From Anaeramoeba ignava BMAN (Eukaryota > Protista > Anaeramoebae), in the NCBI GenBank assembly GCA_028826165.1, contig JAPDFW010000073.1, positions 62,001 through 126,000 on the forward strand: a DNA stretch of 64,000 nucleotides, read 5' to 3'. A model generated the notes under the pieces. The model saw only the letters and a program-made list of their open reading frames with translations. It did no database searches and was not told the origin of the DNA. A program made the position numbers and the translations under genes. The stretch's first letter is position 1; the number at the start of each line of letters is the position of its first letter. This document shows positions 60,201 through 64,000 of this stretch, in pieces.

Positions 60201-63200
60201 TCGAGATCAACTCGTTGTTTTCATACACACAAACTATTTGGAGCATAAATTCGCGTTTAATTGGGCGTGGAATTTGCTTGCACACTATTTTATCAAAGCA
60301 AGAAATATTGATATTGTGTTTACAACTGTTGATCCTTATGCAGAAATTTTAAGACTTATTTGGAATCAATTTGTGTATTTGTGTGCAAGTGTATCGATTC
60401 CTGAAGAGGATATTCCGCATTTGGTTCTTGAAAACATTCCTCAAACACGCGAAACAGGACCAATTAAAGGAAGAAGAAAAACAAAAGTAAAATCAGAAGA
60501 AGATATGAATTCGATGTCAAAAGTAACGCGATCAGACACGATGGAAAGATCTCCACAAATTCACGATGGATCGAATCAAGGAGATCTTGAATCATTGCAA
60601 GATCGCGAGAAGAAAAGCTTTGATGGGAAGACAGAACTTGACTCACCAACACCCTTTATGGCAACAAAAACAGAACTTTTCAATCCAAAACATAATACAT
60701 TACTTTTGAAACATTTTTTCAATATTGCATACAGATTGGTGCGAACAGAGAAGGAAAACATTAGAACAGAGGCGATTAACTCACTGGTAAAAATGCAGTC
60801 TTCATCATTCGAAATATTCCTGTCAATTGTTGTTGATCATGAAAAACAAATGGGATTTGGAGATAATGAAAACAAATTGGAAGACTTTAAAATAATGGAA
60901 ATTCCGTTTTATTTAAAAAGTTATATTGTAACCCTGACAGCAAGATTCCTCACTCAGTGCCAAACAGAACTTTTTGGATCGTTGCCGAGATTGAATCGGC
61001 TGATAAATGAATTGATGTTGAAATGGATGGCAAGCGAGGAAATTGCGCAGATGGACAGCATTCATATGCATAATATCGAGCAAATAATGCAAATTGTTAG
61101 AGCCTATTTCGAGAAATTGCTTGAGTTCTCGCAACAGAAAATCGCGCGCAAAGAGGCGGATAATCTCGTTACTGCCGCTAATAGTGCGTGGATTGAGAAT
61201 CAGGAAAATATGACTGCATTGTTTTTATTTCTTCTTGAAATGTTGAGTGAATCAACACTGAAAAAAATAACAAATCAGGAAAAGAAAAAGCTGATTCTCG
61301 GCGACTCAATAAACACGCTGAGTATTTTGATGATGTTCTATCAATCTCATAACCAGGAAATGGAAAACAGATTGCTCATTGGATGTGCAAAAGTACTTTC
61401 AATGGGGAGCATGATTTATCCCGATGTAAAACGTGTTCTTGTCACATTTCTCCAGAATAATCCCGCCTATTTTGAGGCGTATTTTCGATACTCTTTTGAT
61501 TTAATGTGCGATGATGAGTTTTTGAAACTCAAGGCACTTTGTTTTTTTGAATCACTCGTAATCAATTTTACTTCTGATCCGATCAAATGGATCGAAAACG
61601 TTGGAATTCCAATTCACAAATTAATAGCATTAATTTTGATTCACGTGAATAATCCAGAGAAACCAGTAAGAAGCCTTGTTCATCATTTAATCATCAGTCT
61701 TTCTGAGCTAAAAACAGACGATAAAATTCATCCAGGAAAGGACAATCTCAACGCGCTTTCCGCAATAACACATCCAAATATGCATATCTATTGTAATCTT
61801 TCTTCTGGTTACTTTGATTCAGTATCAACAATATACTCCCAAATGACACCCCAAATTCTCATGGAAGTTGCGAAATTTTACAAGAAATTCAATTACGATA
61901 TGAAATACAAAGTTATGGAACTTTTGATATTTTGGACTCGCAACTACGCAGCTTTTCTCCAGACCAGCAATCACAGGCTGTTGTAGATATACTCAACGCT
62001 ATGCTCCTCATCAGTCGCGAATGCTATACACAGCACTCTTTATCCCATCTTGTTTCGCTTTTTTGGAACAGTTTGATCACCCCCAATCTCCGAACAACTT
62101 CCCAAAAAAATTCCGATTCCAAAAACATCTTAACAAAACAAGATATCATGCGATCCATTTTCGCATATCTACTGAAAATCATTTCATTGGCACTGACTAA
62201 GAAAATTGATAAAACTTTCCCACTTTCACTTACTAAAACAATTTGTGCAATTGTTTCGCGAGCAGATCCCAAATTCTCATTCGAATTTTTCACTTCCCAA
62301 TTGCTCAACTTTCCAGACTCGCCCACAGATCCGAATGAGTTCTATCAATTCATCCAGGATAAGCAAGTGGACGTACCAATATACCAACATTCCTCTATTC
62401 TTTTGCTTGACGACTTGATTTTCGAAAATGGAATTTTTGCTGTCAAATTTCTTCCCCTTTTACTCCAACACGCTTTTATCCAGAACCCAAACAACGAAAT
62501 CGGGAACAACATGCTTTACTACATGATACATTCTATTGTTGTGCGATATTCACAATCCGAGGAAACACGCAAGCATGCAGGAGAGTTTCTGGAGATGCTG
62601 ATGAAACCTCACAAAACAATGGAGTTGGTGCAACTTCCACAAGTACTTTATCAGACAAAAACCCAAGAGCAAGCGGATGACACAAACACAGATCAAGACG
62701 ATGATCGTGTGGATTGGGATCATATATACCAGATGGATGCAGATATGAAAATCAACTCACTGGAGTATACCGAACAAAATATCCAAATTATCCAAAAATT
62801 CGTTGAACTTTTCCAACCTTTTAAATCAAATTTCCAACAAAGATGGAGAAATACACTTCTTTCTTGGTCAGTTAAATCCGTTGACGAACGTTTAACAAAC
62901 AACTGTCTGACCGCGTTCTACATTCTTGTTGAAGATTTCAATGATTCCATGATTAAACAAATGGTTATTTTTGCTTTAGAATCACTTCAATACAACCGAC
63001 TCGAGGTCTTTTCAAACATCGCCAAGATTTTCGAGGATATGATCACTACAAAACACAACAAACTCTCGATCGAGTCTCTATCAAACATCGCCAGCTTAGC
63101 TTGTCTTTTACTCTTCTCAGAAACCTCCAAAATGTTTGCTTTGGGATTGAAATTACTTGATATTTTTTCGCGTCTTGAAAAAAATAATTCCAAGTTATAT

Positions 63201-64000
63201 CCCGCTATTTTCCTGAATGCCAAAAACCTCTTTCTAGACGATGAAAAGTCTGCACAGAAACAAAAGCTTCCTATTGATGCTCCTCTTATGCGCATTCTCT
63301 TCCGCGCGTTCACACAAGAATCCTTCTCAGAAACAGCAATGAATATTCTTGAATGTTTTTTGTTTTCTTGGGAATCCGTTCTTATTTCTTCAAACAACCG
63401 CTTATTCATTTCTTTCCTTCTCATTCTTGCTCTCAAATTCATGTCGGATGAAAAGGAATCTGTTGTTCTTAAAATGAAACAATTTTCTGAAACTTGCGGC
63501 AATTTACACAATAGTATTGCTAAAAAATTTGTTAATGTTTATTCATCATATGCTCATTTTTCAGACAATACTCAGAATTCACATCCTAATAATGAGTTTC
63601 TGAAAGAGTTTTTTGAGAAATTTGCCCAGAATTTCAACACAAATCTTGATTTTATTTTCATGGCTGTCAAATCATTATTGATTTTTACTCGTGAAAACAA
63701 TCACAAATTGAAAATTGTTTTAATGCAAATTGTTCCTCATTTATTGGCTTCATTTCGTGTTAATTGGACTCAACTTGAATATCAAGAACTTATTGACATT
63801 ATCCAAATCACTTCTCATTCTTCTTCTGTATTGCTTTCTCAAGAATCAGAAAATGCGTTTTCATTTATAATTTCTCGTGTTTCTGAAGATAAACAATTGA
63901 ATGGTTTGGATTTTATTTCTTTACCAATGCAAATTGATGAATTACGTCAGAAAAGTATTTCTGCAATGAAGGAAAAACCTGTTGATAAACAAATTGAACA
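57244..64000 (+). CDS. Large HEAT/ARM protein, Furry/Tao3/Mor2 family, 3' partial (apparent frameshift at ~61980)
   Basis: AGQCLGGLT..LKYLKY..FLNNYAK..RKEACKTISQIFQKIFP..CYKTVLKWSKKAKH..YQCLIELL resembles the MOR2-PAG1 N-terminal domain; 1088-aa ORF, coding-like to the window end; introns ~57412-57563, 57774-57850 and 58008-58516. Confidence 0.65.

Noticed and set aside
62024-63511. Minus-strand ORFs of 60-174 aa near the window end
   Set aside because: They are antisense shadows of the continuing plus-strand Furry-like reading frame.
1-64000. tRNA/rRNA genes and intein or Hint insertions
   Set aside because: No GC-rich structured segment, tRNA A/B boxes or convincing intein splice motifs were seen; not excluded without covariance or HMM searches.

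Overview
This is gene-dense, extremely AT-rich eukaryotic (protist) genomic DNA. It uses the standard genetic code and GT-AG introns, many of them swollen by microsatellites. The RCC1-BTB and BTB-TLDc families, a Trichomonas-like TCA initiator and a SatP-type acetate channel suggest an anaerobic metamonad such as Anaeramoeba (inference). Left to right: (1) a 5'-partial RA/PH/PX/ankyrin/PB1-like scaffold gene; (2) four intronless RCC1(-BTB) paralogues arranged as two pairs around a GT61 glycosyltransferase; (3) an accessory island at ~15.2-23.2 kb holding an orphan gene, a broken chimeric element (Crypton-like tyrosine-recombinase N-terminus + CCHC knuckle + Sola-like DDE C-terminus), ~316-bp and 146-bp satellites, a BTB-TLDc gene and a BTB pseudogene fragment; (4) housekeeping genes: SatP/GPR1-family transporter, NAA10, a CCCH/anticodon-binding-like/prion-like protein, Ras, WDR36/UTP21, POLA2, HAL-like-fused HisRS, a 160-bp satellite, RPL28-like with an acidic repeat tail, GRIPAP1-like and a 3'-partial Furry/Tao3-like gene. 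The 3.7-kb WDR36 intron carries a clean 2.16-kb TA-flanked TIR element. The strongest candidates for new biology are the mosaic, promoter-inserting RCC1-BTB cassettes, the YR+DDE chimeric element, and the satellite-bearing MITE. Many single-base frameshifts lie in A-rich runs and are probably assembly errors. All domain calls come from motif recognition by eye, and exon boundaries may be off by a few nt.
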